DNA of 63,984 nucleotides, filler included, from an uncultured bacterium (GTDB lineage: Bacteria; CAYJRR01), in assembly GCA_964372275.1 (NCBI GenBank). It is 10 parts of 10 records of this genome, joined end to end, with 100 filler letters (N's around TTAATTAATTAA, not from the genome) between each part and the next. Parts side by side here need not be neighbours in the genome. Positions count along the whole stretch, not along the records: positions 52,581 to 58,461 come from CAYJRR010000189.1; positions 58,562 to 63,984 come from CAYJRR010000197.1; 8 more parts are not named here. One strand, given 5' to 3'. This document shows positions 53,460-63,984 of the stretch, piece by piece (positions within the stretch are counted from its first letter, which is position 1; each line of letters begins with the position of its first letter). The notes beneath the pieces are model-generated. The model did not search any database. It was not told the origin of the DNA and worked only from the letters and a program-made list of their open reading frames with translations. The position numbers and the translations under genes were made by a program.

Positions 53460-53909
53460 TCAGCGGTTCACTCCGGCGCCTTCGCTCCCTGGAGCGGTGG
53501 CCCTGGCGCCGGCCGGGATCGGATCGAGGTCGGAGGACGAGACGGTCGCCTCGTTCCGTGCCGCGTTGGAGCCGGCCGCACCGGCGCGGGCGCCGTCGAT
53601 GTTCCGGGCGGCGCGCTTCGCCAGGTAGAACGAGCGTCCGACCTGGAGCAAGCCACCGATCGCGTGCACCGCGCCGGCGGCCCCCAAGGCGAGCGCGATG
53701 CCGGGGCTCGCGCCGGCGATCGAGATCACGACCGCGGCACCGATCGCCACCGAGCCGGCCGCGATCAGGAAGGCGCCGGATTCGGCCGCGTCCTGGATCT
53801 GGCGGAGCTCGGCCGACGGAAGAACGTCCGTCGTCGCGTCGGCGACGCTCGAGGAGGCGATCAGCGCCGCGCAGGTGAACGCAATCGATCGACCGAACCG
53901 GAATGACAT
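53460..53909 (-). CDS. Small secreted protein with Gly/Ala-rich hydrophobic hairpin (same architecture as 52766-53251)
   Basis: ATG 53909 with AAGGAG RBS; signal peptide ...SSVADA; GAFLIAAGSVAIGAAVVISIAGASPGIALALGAAGAVHAIGGLLQVGRSFYLAKRAAR. Confidence 0.75.
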   Translation of the reverse strand: MSFRFGRSIAFTCAALIASSSVADATTDVLPSAELRQIQDAAESGAFLIAAGSVAIGAAVVISIAGASPGIALALGAAGAVHAIGGLLQVGRSFYLAKRAARNIDGARAGAAGSNAARNEATVSSSDLDPIPAGARATAPGSEGAGVNR

Positions 53910-53952
53910 GACGAACTCCTTCGACGGCGCGCGGTGCGCCGCACGGTCGAAG

Positions 53953-53968
53953 TGCAACGGGGGTGCCA
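53953..53968 (-). promoter_or_regulatory. Sigma-54 promoter (consensus)
   Basis: Minus strand TGGCAC-CCCCG-TTGCA. Confidence 0.8.
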
Positions 53969-54052
53969 TCGATTCGGCCGTGGCGAACGGCGGCGCCGAC
54001 CCGGCGGTGGGCGGGGGAGGCGCACCCACCCGACGGACGGCGATCGCCCGGG

Positions 54053-55504
54053 CTACGGCGTCGCCGGGGCCGAGGCGCGGCTGGCGATCGGTTCGAAACG
54101 AACCGGATAGTTGACGTCGATCTCGGTCCCCGGCGCGGTCGCCGGCAGCACCGCGGCCCGTGCGGCGTCGAGCAGGCAGCGCTGCAAGACCGCCTGCGCG
54201 GCGGGAAGACCGGAGACGCGCAGGTCCTTCGGTCCGCCCGCTTCGTCGACGCGGAACGCGATCTGCGCGCGCACCACCAGGTCCGGCGTCCGCGCCAGCG
54301 CCTGCTCGTAGCAGAAGCGCATGGCGGCGCCGCGCTTCTCCATCGCGTTTTCGACGGCGATGCGGTCGAGGCCGGGGACGGCGTGGACGGCGGGATCGGC
54401 CTTTCCGATCGCGGCCGCGCCCGGTTTCGCCTCGCGCGGCCCGACCGTGCGGGCGGCGATCGTCGTCACCGGCGGCGGCGGCGCCCGGTCCGGGGTCAGC
54501 GCGCGGACCCAACCGAGCGCGTCGATCGACGGTTCCGAGACGACGATCGAGACCGGCGGCATGCCCGGTTTGAGCTCCGCCTCCTGTCCCGCCTTGACCT
54601 CGGTCTCGCCGTCGGGACCGCTCACCACCACGCTGCCGCGCGTCACGCCGACCACCGTCCCGCGGGGCTCCACCTTGACGTCGAACTGCGTCCCGGTGAC
54701 ACGCACCGTTCCATTGGGGGTGCGGACGTGGAAGCCGTCGATCGTTCCCTTCGGCAGGTCGACGAAGATCTCGCCTCGCGCGACGGAGACCAGCGGCGAG
54801 CGCGCGACCCCGCCCAGGAGCAGCGTGGCGTCGCCCCGCAGGACGAGCAGCCCCTCCCCTTCGATCGAAAGCGCCGCACCGTCGCCCGCGGAGAACAGCC
54901 CCGGCGGCAGCTCGTCGCCGACCTTGAGCGCCGGCATCACCGAACCGTCGGCCGGCACGTGCGTCACCTCGCCGTTCGCGGCGGCGAGGATCACCGACGG
55001 GGCGACCGGCAGCGCCGCTTCTCGCGCGGCGACCGCGGCCGGCGACGGCGCCGGCTTCGGCACCAGGTCGGGACCGATCACCGCGAACGCGATCAGCGAG
55101 GCGGCGAGCGCCAGCCCGACCGAGAACCCCACCGCTTCCCGGCGCGATGCGGAGGCACGACTCCAGGCCGCCGGCATCGGGCCTGCGCCCGGCGTCGTGC
55201 GCGCCGCCGCCGCGACGACCGTCTCCACCGGCGCGTCGGCGCCCGCCGGGGCGTACCGGCCCGCGAGCACCCGCTCCAGGATCTCGTCCAGCCGCGCCTC
55301 CGACGGCGGCGCGAAACGATCGCGCAGCTCGTCCCCGAGCGACCAGAGCCGCTCCATCCGCTCGACCGCCCGGCGGCAGTCGGCGCAGGCGCGCGCGTGC
55401 TCCGCGGCCGAGGTGTCGAGCAGCCCGTCGGCCAGACGGAGTCCGTAGGCCTCGCGGGCCCGGCGACAGTCGTCCGGCGGCATCGGTGATTCCAGGCGGC
55501 TCAT
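54053..55504 (-). CDS. Anti-sigma factor: zinc finger + TM + FecR + AgmX/PglI (TonB-C-like) domain
   Basis: HARACADCR; TM helix; VRTPNGTVRVTGTQFDV...VTRGSV; MRFCYEQAL...FRVDEAG...VNYPVRF. Confidence 0.82.
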   Translation of the reverse strand: MSRLESPMPPDDCRRAREAYGLRLADGLLDTSAAEHARACADCRRAVERMERLWSLGDELRDRFAPPSEARLDEILERVLAGRYAPAGADAPVETVVAAAARTTPGAGPMPAAWSRASASRREAVGFSVGLALAASLIAFAVIGPDLVPKPAPSPAAVAAREAALPVAPSVILAAANGEVTHVPADGSVMPALKVGDELPPGLFSAGDGAALSIEGEGLLVLRGDATLLLGGVARSPLVSVARGEIFVDLPKGTIDGFHVRTPNGTVRVTGTQFDVKVEPRGTVVGVTRGSVVVSGPDGETEVKAGQEAELKPGMPPVSIVVSEPSIDALGWVRALTPDRAPPPPVTTIAARTVGPREAKPGAAAIGKADPAVHAVPGLDRIAVENAMEKRGAAMRFCYEQALARTPDLVVRAQIAFRVDEAGGPKDLRVSGLPAAQAVLQRCLLDAARAAVLPATAPGTEIDVNYPVRFEPIASRASAPATP

Positions 55505-56106
55505 GGCGAATCGTCTCCCGGCAGATCGAGCTTCCCTCCGAGGATCCCCGCCAGCGCGGCGGTGGCCCGGGCGACGCGCATCTTCGCCGCGGCCACGGTG
55601 GTGGCGCAGGCGGCGGCGACCTCCTCGTAGGTCAGCTCCTGAAGTCGAACCATCACGAAGGCGTCCCGCTGCGCCTCGGGGAGGGCGGCGACCGCCTCCA
55701 TCACCCGGGCCGCGAGCTCCCCGCGCTCCGTCGCGTCGTGCGGCGACTCGGGCGGTGGGGCGGCGTCGAGCACCTTTTCCGGCTCCTCGGTCAGCCGCCG
55801 GCGCACCGTCGCGCGCCGCCCCGCATCGCGGGCCAGGTTGCGGGCGATGGCGAACAGCCACGCGCGGAACGAATCCCCCTCGCCGCCCCGCCGGCCCTCG
55901 CGCCAGTCGTCGCAGTTGCGGCAGACGCGGGAGAAGGTCTCCTGCAGGAGGTCCTCCGCCGCCTCGCGGTTCGAGGTCGACGCCTGGAGGAAGGCCAACG
56001 TCGCCGCGGCGTGCCGGCGAAAGAGCGCGCGGAACGCCGACTCGTCGCCGGCCGCGAACGCGCGCATCAACGACTCGTCGGACTCCGCGGGAAGGGTCAC
56101 GGGCAT
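55501..56106 (-). CDS. ECF sigma factor
   Basis: SDESLM..GDESAFRALF, AEDLLQETF, FRAWLFAIARN, LPEAQR...LTYEEVA. Confidence 0.93.
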   Translation of the reverse strand: MPVTLPAESDESLMRAFAAGDESAFRALFRRHAAATLAFLQASTSNREAAEDLLQETFSRVCRNCDDWREGRRGGEGDSFRAWLFAIARNLARDAGRRATVRRRLTEEPEKVLDAAPPPESPHDATERGELAARVMEAVAALPEAQRDAFVMVRLQELTYEEVAAACATTVAAAKMRVARATAALAGILGGKLDLPGDDSP

Positions 56107-56274
56107 GCGGGGGCGAGGCCGGGAGGAGATCCAAGCCGGCGCGAAGAAAGGGGGAATCCGGGCGACACTCGCCACCATCGTACGAGACAACGCGCCAGGT
56201 CCGAAAAAGTAACGTCCATCCAGGAAAATCGTAGAGTTACAAGTGCTTGACGCACCGGTCAAACGGGCGGGCGT

Positions 56275-57588
56275 TCAGGGCGTGTCGAGCTCCTCGCGCG
56301 CGGTGGCCGCGACCGGGCTCTCCGGGAACTCGGCGAGGATCGATCGGTACGCCGCTTGCGCCGACGAAGGATCGACTTCGCGCAGATCGCGCGCGCGCAG
56401 CAGGCGGACGGCGGCGCGAAGATCGGGGCCTTCGTGCCGGCGCAGGAGATCGAGCTCCCTGCGGATCGCCTGCAGCGCGGCCGGCGGCCAGGGCTTCGCC
56501 GCCAGATCGGCGAGGAACGCACGCGCCGCCTCGGCGTCCTCGCGCTCGAGGAGGCGATGGCGCTCGAGCGAGTAGGTGGCGAGGTGGAGGGGGTGGGTCG
56601 GGTCGAGGCGGTGCTCGTCGAACAGGCGGCGCACCCGTTCGATCGCCGCTCGCTCCTCGGCCGGGTCGTCGATCTCGGTGACGAGGAGTCGAAACCCGTC
56701 CCATGCCGCCGCGAGGCGCATCCGCAGGGCCGGGTCGACGCCGAGGCCCTCGGTCAGGTTTCGCGCCTCGATCGCCAGCACGCCTCCGAGGGTGAACGGT
56801 TCGGGGGAGGCGGCCGGATCGTCGGCGAATCGCGCGGTGGCGGAGATCGCACGGAGGAGGGCCTCGCGCCGGGCGCCGTCGTCGATCGACGGCGCGGCGG
56901 CGATGCGCCGGTAGAGCCAGGCGAGGAGGAGACGCGCGTCGTCGGCGAAGGGCCCGGTGAGCGATCCGTCGGCGAGGCGCGATTCGAGACCGGCGGCGAT
57001 CCGCTCCAGGCGGGCGCGGTAGCGCGGGGCGGCGAGCGGCCGCGCGATCGCCCGCGCGGCGAGCGAACCCAGGCTCGCCGGACCCCACCCGGGGGCGGCG
57101 ACCATCGCCGACCGGAGGATCTCCTCCGGCGAGGCCGGTTCCCCCACGGCGACGCGCACGGCGACCGTGGCGACGAGCAGCAGTCCGGGGGTCTGACGGC
57201 GGCGTCGCGACGCCGGGCGCGCGACGGCGAGCGCTCCGGCGGCGGCGACGGCGGCGGCGGCGGCGAGGAGCGCGGCGCGGGGGACGCCGACGCGCGCCAG
57301 GACGGACGGCGCGACCAGGATCGCGGCGAGCGCCGCCGCGACCGCCGCCAGGGCGGCGGCAAGCCCGGCTTCGCCGAGCGCGCGATCCCGGTCGGCGGCA
57401 TCCCGGACGCCGATCCGCGCGGCGGCGACCGCCGCCGCCGGGAGCGCCGCCGCGGCGATCAGGAGGATCCACACCACGGCCGGGAGCCTTTCAAACGGCG
57501 CGAGCGGATCGAGCGGCGCCGGCACCAGCAGCGCCGCCGCGACCAGCACCGGCATCGGGACGAGCACCGTCGCCGGCGATCGAGGCAT
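56275..57588 (-). CDS. Membrane protein with C-terminal TPR-like helices
   Basis: Several Ala/Leu-rich TM segments; C-terminal [14 protein letters not shown]. Confidence 0.55.
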   Translation of the reverse strand: MPRSPATVLVPMPVLVAAALLVPAPLDPLAPFERLPAVVWILLIAAAALPAAAVAAARIGVRDAADRDRALGEAGLAAALAAVAAALAAILVAPSVLARVGVPRAALLAAAAAVAAAGALAVARPASRRRRQTPGLLLVATVAVRVAVGEPASPEEILRSAMVAAPGWGPASLGSLAARAIARPLAAPRYRARLERIAAGLESRLADGSLTGPFADDARLLLAWLYRRIAAAPSIDDGARREALLRAISATARFADDPAASPEPFTLGGVLAIEARNLTEGLGVDPALRMRLAAAWDGFRLLVTEIDDPAEERAAIERVRRLFDEHRLDPTHPLHLATYSLERHRLLEREDAEAARAFLADLAAKPWPPAALQAIRRELDLLRRHEGPDLRAAVRLLRARDLREVDPSSAQAAYRSILAEFPESPVAATAREELDTP

Positions 57589-57659
57589 GACCGCGATCGA
57601 AGCGACGGTCACGCACGTTGTCAAACGGGGGGCCCGCGCGGTATGGAAGGCGTCGACCC

Positions 57660-57965
57660 ATGAGGATCAGCCGCGAGGAAGTCCGGAGGATCGCGAAGTT
57701 GGCGCGTCTGTCGCTCGACGACCGGGAGGCGGAGTCGATGACCGCGCAGCTCGACCGCATCCTCGAGCACGTGGAGCAGCTCCGCGCCCTCGACACCGCC
57801 GGCGTGCCGCCGACCGCCAGCGTCGCGGAGTACGCCACGCCGATGCGCCGGGACGAGCCGCGGCCGTCGCTCCCGCCGGAGACGGCGCTGGCCAACGCGC
57901 CGGCCGCCGCCGGGGGCGGGTTCCTGGTGCCGCGCATCCTGGAGGCCGAACGAGGGGACCGATGA
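57660..57965 (+). CDS. gatC: Asp/Glu-tRNA amidotransferase subunit C
   Basis: [38 protein letters not shown]. Confidence 0.95.
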   Translation: MRISREEVRRIAKLARLSLDDREAESMTAQLDRILEHVEQLRALDTAGVPPTASVAEYATPMRRDEPRPSLPPETALANAPAAAGGGFLVPRILEAERGDR

Positions 57966-58461
57966 GCGCCCTCGACGCGCTCCCCGCGCTTCCGCTGACC
58001 GAGCTGGCCGCGAAGATCCGCGCACGGGAGGTCAAACCCAGCGAAGCGACCGATGCGTACCTCGCGCGCATCGACCGCGTCGACCGGGAGATCGGGTGCT
58101 ACCTGCGCGTCGACGCCGACGGCGCGCGCGCCGCGGCGAAGGCGCTCGACGCGCGGCAGGCCAAGGGCGAGGACCTGGGGCCCTTGGGCGGCGCGCCGCT
58201 GGGGATGAAAGACATCTTCGCCACCCGCGGGCTCGAGACGACCTGCGCTTCGAAGATCCTCGCCGGCTATCGACCGCCGTACGACGCAACCGTCGTCGCG
58301 AAGCTCCGCGCCGCCGGGGCAGTGATCCTCGGGAAGCTGAACATGGACGAGTTCGCGATGGGCTCGTCGAACGAGAACAGCGCCTTCGCGAAGGTGAAGA
58401 ACCCTTGGGATCCGGCGCGGACGCCCGGCGGAAGCTCCGGCGGGTCGGCCGCGGCGGTGGC
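57962..58461 (+). CDS. gatA: Asp/Glu-tRNA amidotransferase subunit A (3' truncated)
   Basis: [29 protein letters not shown]. Confidence 0.96.
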
Positions 58462-58561
58462 NNNNNNNNNNNNNNNNNNNNNNNNNNNNNNNNNNNNNNN
58501 NNNNNTTAATTAATTAANNNNNNNNNNNNNNNNNNNNNNNNNNNNNNNNNNNNNNNNNNNN

Positions 58562-60183
<1,622 letters not shown>

Positions 60184-60519
60184 TTACTCGGGCTCCATGG
60201 TGCAAAGGAGTGGGAATTCGTTCTGCCGCGCAAGGGCGATCGTCGTCTGGACCTTGGTCTCGGCCACCTCGTAGGTGTAGATCCCGGCGAGGCCGATCCC
60301 ATTGTTGTGGACGTGGAGCATGATCTGGATCGCTTCCGACTCCGACTTGTTGAAGACACTCTGTAGCAGGTACACGACGAAATCGCGCGTGGTGTAGTTG
60401 TCGTTGTGAAAGAGGACCTTGTAGAGACTCGGTTTCTTGAGCTGCGTCTTCCCGGCGGGCCGGACGATCGTGGTCGTGCCGCTGTCTCGGTCCTCCCGCG
60501 GAGATCGTTTCGGGCTCAC
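60184..60519 (-). CDS. clpS: Clp protease adaptor ClpS
   Basis: PSLYKVLFHNDNYTTRDFVV, MLHVHNNG, EVAETK, FPLLCTME. Confidence 0.96.
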   Translation of the reverse strand: MSPKRSPREDRDSGTTTIVRPAGKTQLKKPSLYKVLFHNDNYTTRDFVVYLLQSVFNKSESEAIQIMLHVHNNGIGLAGIYTYEVAETKVQTTIALARQNEFPLLCTMEPE

Positions 60520-61715
60520 GCCGGCCCCCTCCACGGCTTCATGCCGGCGATCTCCGACGCCGAGGCGAAAACGGCGTCCAGGTGATGCCGTTCGCGGGCG
60601 ACGTAGTCGCGCACGGCGCGGTCCAGACGCGGATCGAAGATCCGGTGGGCGCTGTGGATCGGCGTCGGCTCGAAACCGCGCGGGATCTTGTGCTCGCCGC
60701 CCGCGCCCGGCTCGAAGACCCGCCGCCGGGCGCGGATCGATTCGTCGATCGAGTGGTAGAGGCAGACGTGGAAGTGGAGGAACGGAACCTCCTCGAAGGC
60801 GCCCCAGTAGCGTCCGTAGAGACGGTCGGCGGTGACGACGTTGAACGCCCCCGCCACCACGTCGGCGCGCCGCGACGCCACGACGAGCTCGACCGAGCTC
60901 CCAAACCGCTCCGCGACGCGGCGGAAGAAGTCGCGGGTGAGCTGTGCCTGCCCCCATCCGTTCTTGTCGCAGGTCGCAAGGTAGAAGCGATGGGCGAGGT
61001 CGGCGTCGGCGGGCGAGAGCGGGCCCCGTCTCGTCGCGATTTCGATCCCCTGGGCCTTTGCCGCCGCCCGTTCCCGCCGGAGCTGATGCCGGCGTTTCGA
61101 GCCGAATCGGGCGAGAAAGTCGTCATACGTCCGGTACCCGGGGTTCTTCCAATGGTACTGCATCCCCGTACGCCGGGCCATCCCGGCCGCCTCCAGAGCG
61201 GCCGCTTCGTCCTCGGTCGAAAAGATCACGTGCAACGACGAGCAACCCTCGTCGCGCGCGAGCGCGAGCGCCGCGTCGAGCAACGCCGCGCGCACCGCCT
61301 GCGCCGGCTCCCCGGCCGCGGCGTGGAAGCGCGTCGCCGTGATCGGGGCCAGCGGGACGCCGATCAGGAGCTTCGGGTAGTAGTCGATCCCCAGTCGCGC
61401 CGCCGCCTCGGCCCACCCGAAGTCGTAGACGTACTCCCCCATGCTGTGGTGCTTCCGCCAGGCGGGACACAGGCCCACCAGCCGGCCGTCGCGCCAAAGG
61501 GTCAGGTGCCGCGGCTCCCATCCGGTGCGCGCGGTGGCGCTCCCGGACGACTCCAGCGCGTCGATCCACCCCCAACGCACGAACGGCACGGCGTCCGGCC
61601 CGACCACCGCGTCCCAGGCCTCGGCCGGCACGTCGGAGATCGACCGATGGACGCCGATCCGATACGCCGACCGCGCCCCGCCGTGCGAGCCCGCCTTGTC
61701 ACCTTCGGCGATCAC
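60516..61715 (-). CDS. FemAB-like GNAT protein (DUF482)
   Basis: HSMGEYVYDFGWA, YYPKL, LYGRYWG, CLYHSI, FEPGAGGEHKIPRGF; start uncertain. Confidence 0.9.
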   Translation of the reverse strand: MIAEGDKAGSHGGARSAYRIGVHRSISDVPAEAWDAVVGPDAVPFVRWGWIDALESSGSATARTGWEPRHLTLWRDGRLVGLCPAWRKHHSMGEYVYDFGWAEAAARLGIDYYPKLLIGVPLAPITATRFHAAAGEPAQAVRAALLDAALALARDEGCSSLHVIFSTEDEAAALEAAGMARRTGMQYHWKNPGYRTYDDFLARFGSKRRHQLRRERAAAKAQGIEIATRRGPLSPADADLAHRFYLATCDKNGWGQAQLTRDFFRRVAERFGSSVELVVASRRADVVAGAFNVVTADRLYGRYWGAFEEVPFLHFHVCLYHSIDESIRARRRVFEPGAGGEHKIPRGFEPTPIHSAHRIFDPRLDRAVRDYVARERHHLDAVFASASEIAGMKPWRGPA

Positions 61716-61833
61716 CGCCCCTACCGTGGCACATCCGCGATTCAATCTCGACGTCGACGCGACAAGCCTTGGTGATCGGCGACGATCGCACGGAGAATCT
61801 GCGTCGGCCGCGATTCGATCGGGGGGGACGGCG

Positions 61834-62415
61834 ATGAAAACGATCGCGTTGGCGGCGTGGGTGGTGGTGTCGGCGAGCATCGGAACGGCGCGGGCCGAGG
61901 AGGCGCCGCCGCCGGCGCCGGCCGAGACCGCTCCGGCTCCCGCCGGTTTCAAGAACGGGCTGTTCGTCGAAGTACTCTCGCCGCTCGTCGGGGTCTACAG
62001 CTTCGGCTACGAGCGCGTCATCGGGATCCGACTCTCGGTGCTGCTCGAGTTGGACTACATGCCGATCGATGAAGAGATCGAGGACGAAAAAGTAACCGGC
62101 AGGGTGATCGTCGTGAGCCTCGAACCGCACCTCTATCCCCGCGGACGGGCGCAGCGCGGATTCTACGTCGCCCCGAAGCTGTTCGTGGCGTCCGCGACGG
62201 CCACCGGAAATGCCGGCGCCACGGGCTCTGGGGCCGGCGCGACCGTCGGTTGGTCCTGGGTCATGGCTTCGCGAATCAACCTCAAGCTGGGAATCGGTGC
62301 CAGCTACCTGAAGACGGTCGCATTCGCCAGCGACGATGAAACCGGTGAGATCGTGACCGTGACCGAATCCGGATTCGTGGGCGAGCTCGATCTCCGGCTC
62401 GGCTTCCTCTTCTGA
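61834..62415 (+). CDS. Small outer-membrane beta-barrel (DUF3575-like)
   Basis: Signal peptide ...GTARA; GYER, GFYVAP, C-terminal LGFLF. Confidence 0.72.
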   Translation: MKTIALAAWVVVSASIGTARAEEAPPPAPAETAPAPAGFKNGLFVEVLSPLVGVYSFGYERVIGIRLSVLLELDYMPIDEEIEDEKVTGRVIVVSLEPHLYPRGRAQRGFYVAPKLFVASATATGNAGATGSGAGATVGWSWVMASRINLKLGIGASYLKTVAFASDDETGEIVTVTESGFVGELDLRLGFLF

Positions 62416-63164
62416 CCACCGGGCAGCGCCGCGGCGCCGCCGACGTCGAGGATCTTCTGGGTCTGGCCGGTCCGGTCGACGAGCCACCGGGACGCGTGCC
62501 AGAAGAGCTTCTCCGCGGCCGACATCCGGGTGAAGACGCGGTCGACGAGGTGGAGCTGGAAATGGCGGGCGTTCTCGGTGAAGACCCGCTCCTCGATCGA
62601 CACCAGCTCGTCGCGCAGGCGCGTCCATTCGGCGTCGTCCGGGACGAGCGCCCGCGAGACGGCCACGCAATATCGAAGGTGGCGGTGCTCGTCGTCGGCG
62701 ATCGACGCGAAGGTATCGGCCAACGCCGGGCGCACCGGGCGTAGCGCCTCCTCCAGCAGGGCGAAGCGCTCGATGGCGCGGCGCTCGATCGCGTAGAGAA
62801 GGAGATAGACCCGCGCCGCGTCGGCCGGGCCGGTAAGCTCGCGGTGGAAGAGACTCCCGGCTGCGACCGCCATCCGCTGAACGAGCTGAAGCTCGGGCGA
62901 GACCGGCTCCGGCTCCCCGCCGAGCTTTCGGAGCTCTTCCCGAAGCATCGCGCCGTGCCGCACCTCGTCGGCGGCGTGGCGTTCGACCACCTTCTGCAGC
63001 TTCGGCCCGAGAAATGGCTTCACGCGTTCGAAGAGGGTCGCCTCCCCGTTGTCCTCCGCGTCGGCGGCGTTGTTCAGGTAGAAGCGGAGCGCGGCGTCGT
63101 CGTGCGCGACGGCGCGGGTGAAACGACGATTCAGGGCGAGGGGGATCGACGGGATCATGAGCAC
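62304..63164 (-). CDS. Ferritin-like di-iron protein
   Basis: AE...DEVRH and IE...DEHRH ligand sets; the C-terminal tail overlaps the convergent gene by 112 nt. Confidence 0.8.
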   Translation of the reverse strand: MLMIPSIPLALNRRFTRAVAHDDAALRFYLNNAADAEDNGEATLFERVKPFLGPKLQKVVERHAADEVRHGAMLREELRKLGGEPEPVSPELQLVQRMAVAAGSLFHRELTGPADAARVYLLLYAIERRAIERFALLEEALRPVRPALADTFASIADDEHRHLRYCVAVSRALVPDDAEWTRLRDELVSIEERVFTENARHFQLHLVDRVFTRMSAAEKLFWHASRWLVDRTGQTQKILDVGGAAALPGGQKRKPSRRSSSPTNPDSVTVTISPVSSSLANATVFR

Positions 63165-63176
63165 GTCCTTTCCATA

Positions 63177-63201
63177 TTGACCATTTTGGTTTCTTGGTCA
63201 C
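63177..63201. promoter_or_regulatory. Probable TetR operator 1
   Basis: TGACCA-N11-TGGTCA directly upstream of the ferritin-like gene. Confidence 0.7.
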
Positions 63202-63252
63202 ATCGGGGCAAAAAACTGGGGCGGAGGCGGGGTCGTGTCTCAACGGTCGGGG

Positions 63253-63834
63253 CTATCGCTTCGGGGCTCGGATGCCGCGGAGGATCAGGTCGAGCGAGGC
63301 CGAGGACCAGAGCAGCGCCTCGGTCGGGCCGCGCTTGTACTTCATCACCAGCGCATGGATCATCAGGTCGTTTAGCACCAACGCGGCCTGGTTCGAGTCG
63401 AGGTCGGAACGGAAGGTCCCCTCCGCCTTCCCCTGCTCCAGGATCGCGGTGCAGTTCGCGGCGCACTGCCGCCGGATGTGGTCGAGGCGGTCGACCCACA
63501 TGTTGAGGGAGTAGTCGATGTCCTCGATCAGGAGCTGCTTCAACGTCGGCTTCTTGTCGAGGTATTCGAAGGAGAACAGCGCGGAGGCGAGCAGGTTCTC
63601 CTCCGCCGTCTTGTTCGGATCGCGGCGCGCCGCGCACTCGGTGACCCAGGTGCGCAGCTCCTCGTCGACCACCTTGAAGTAGAGGTCGTCCTTCGACTCG
63701 GCGAAATTGTAGACCGTCCCCTTCGATACCCCCGCCTTCTTGGCGATCTCGTCGATCGCCACGCGCTTGAACCCGAACTGTCCGAACAGGTCCTGCGCGG
63801 CGTGGAGGATGCGCTTCTGCTTGTGGGCTTCCAT
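63253..63834 (-). CDS. TetR/AcrR-family regulator
   Basis: ILHAAQDLFGQFGFKRVAIDEIAKKAGVSKGTVYNFAESKDDL. Confidence 0.95.
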   Translation of the reverse strand: MEAHKQKRILHAAQDLFGQFGFKRVAIDEIAKKAGVSKGTVYNFAESKDDLYFKVVDEELRTWVTECAARRDPNKTAEENLLASALFSFEYLDKKPTLKQLLIEDIDYSLNMWVDRLDHIRRQCAANCTAILEQGKAEGTFRSDLDSNQAALVLNDLMIHALVMKYKRGPTEALLWSSASLDLILRGIRAPKR

Positions 63835-63844
63835 GGTCGAACGG

Positions 63845-63869
63845 TTGACTAAAATAGAATAGTAGTCAA
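63845..63869. promoter_or_regulatory. Probable TetR operator 2 (autoregulation)
   Basis: TTGACTA-N11-TAGTCAA, 11 nt upstream of the tetR ATG. Confidence 0.75.
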
Positions 63870-63984
63870 ACCGGCAGCCATCTTCAAGCCCGACGTTCGG
63901 GACGAGCCCTACGGGGCGCCCGGGGTCCGAAGCTCCTTGTACCGCGAACGGAACATCTTCCGGCGCGCGCGGCGGAAGTCGCTC

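Noticed and set aside
56209-56240. GTAAC-N22-GTTAC as the ECF autoregulatory promoter
   Set aside because: Spacing between the candidate -35 and -10 is too long for a typical ECF promoter; may be an IHF-like AT-rich site.

Overview
This window is not one locus. It is ten short contigs (about 5.9-6.9 kb, the complete ones in decreasing length; first and last cut by the window) joined by artificial 100-nt linkers (N44-TTAATTAATTAA-N44), typical of a metagenome-assembled genome. GC is very high (about 70% by eye). The gene content (aglRQS-type motor, gspCDE, deltaproteobacterial-type hflX, poly-HAMP hybrid kinase) points to a Myxococcota-like deltaproteobacterium. Housekeeping genes: gyrB, ppdK, lepA-lepB, carA/carB, gatC/gatA, clpS/clpA, hflX. 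The strongest unexplained pattern is regulatory. Sigma-54 (-24/-12) promoters sit in front of the type II secretion operon and in front of 8-9 mostly orphan signal-peptide genes on five other contigs. These include a PLD-nuclease/ComEA-HhH protein, a possible clan CD protease, and a tandem array of small hydrophobic helical-hairpin proteins. Five of these promoters share an upstream TGGGAC motif, suggesting a co-regulated secretome/attack regulon. Other oddities: (1) one such cassette is flanked by a decayed ~600-bp duplication; (2) a phased 5 x 23-bp array lies upstream of hflX, which appears to use a non-canonical start codon; (3) a UDG::GIY-YIG fusion; (4) a low-GC rrf2-sufC fragment joined into the PLD gene (probable chimera). 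No rRNA, tRNA, CRISPR array, integrase, transposase or reverse transcriptase was recognised. All family assignments are from motif recognition by eye, not database searches.
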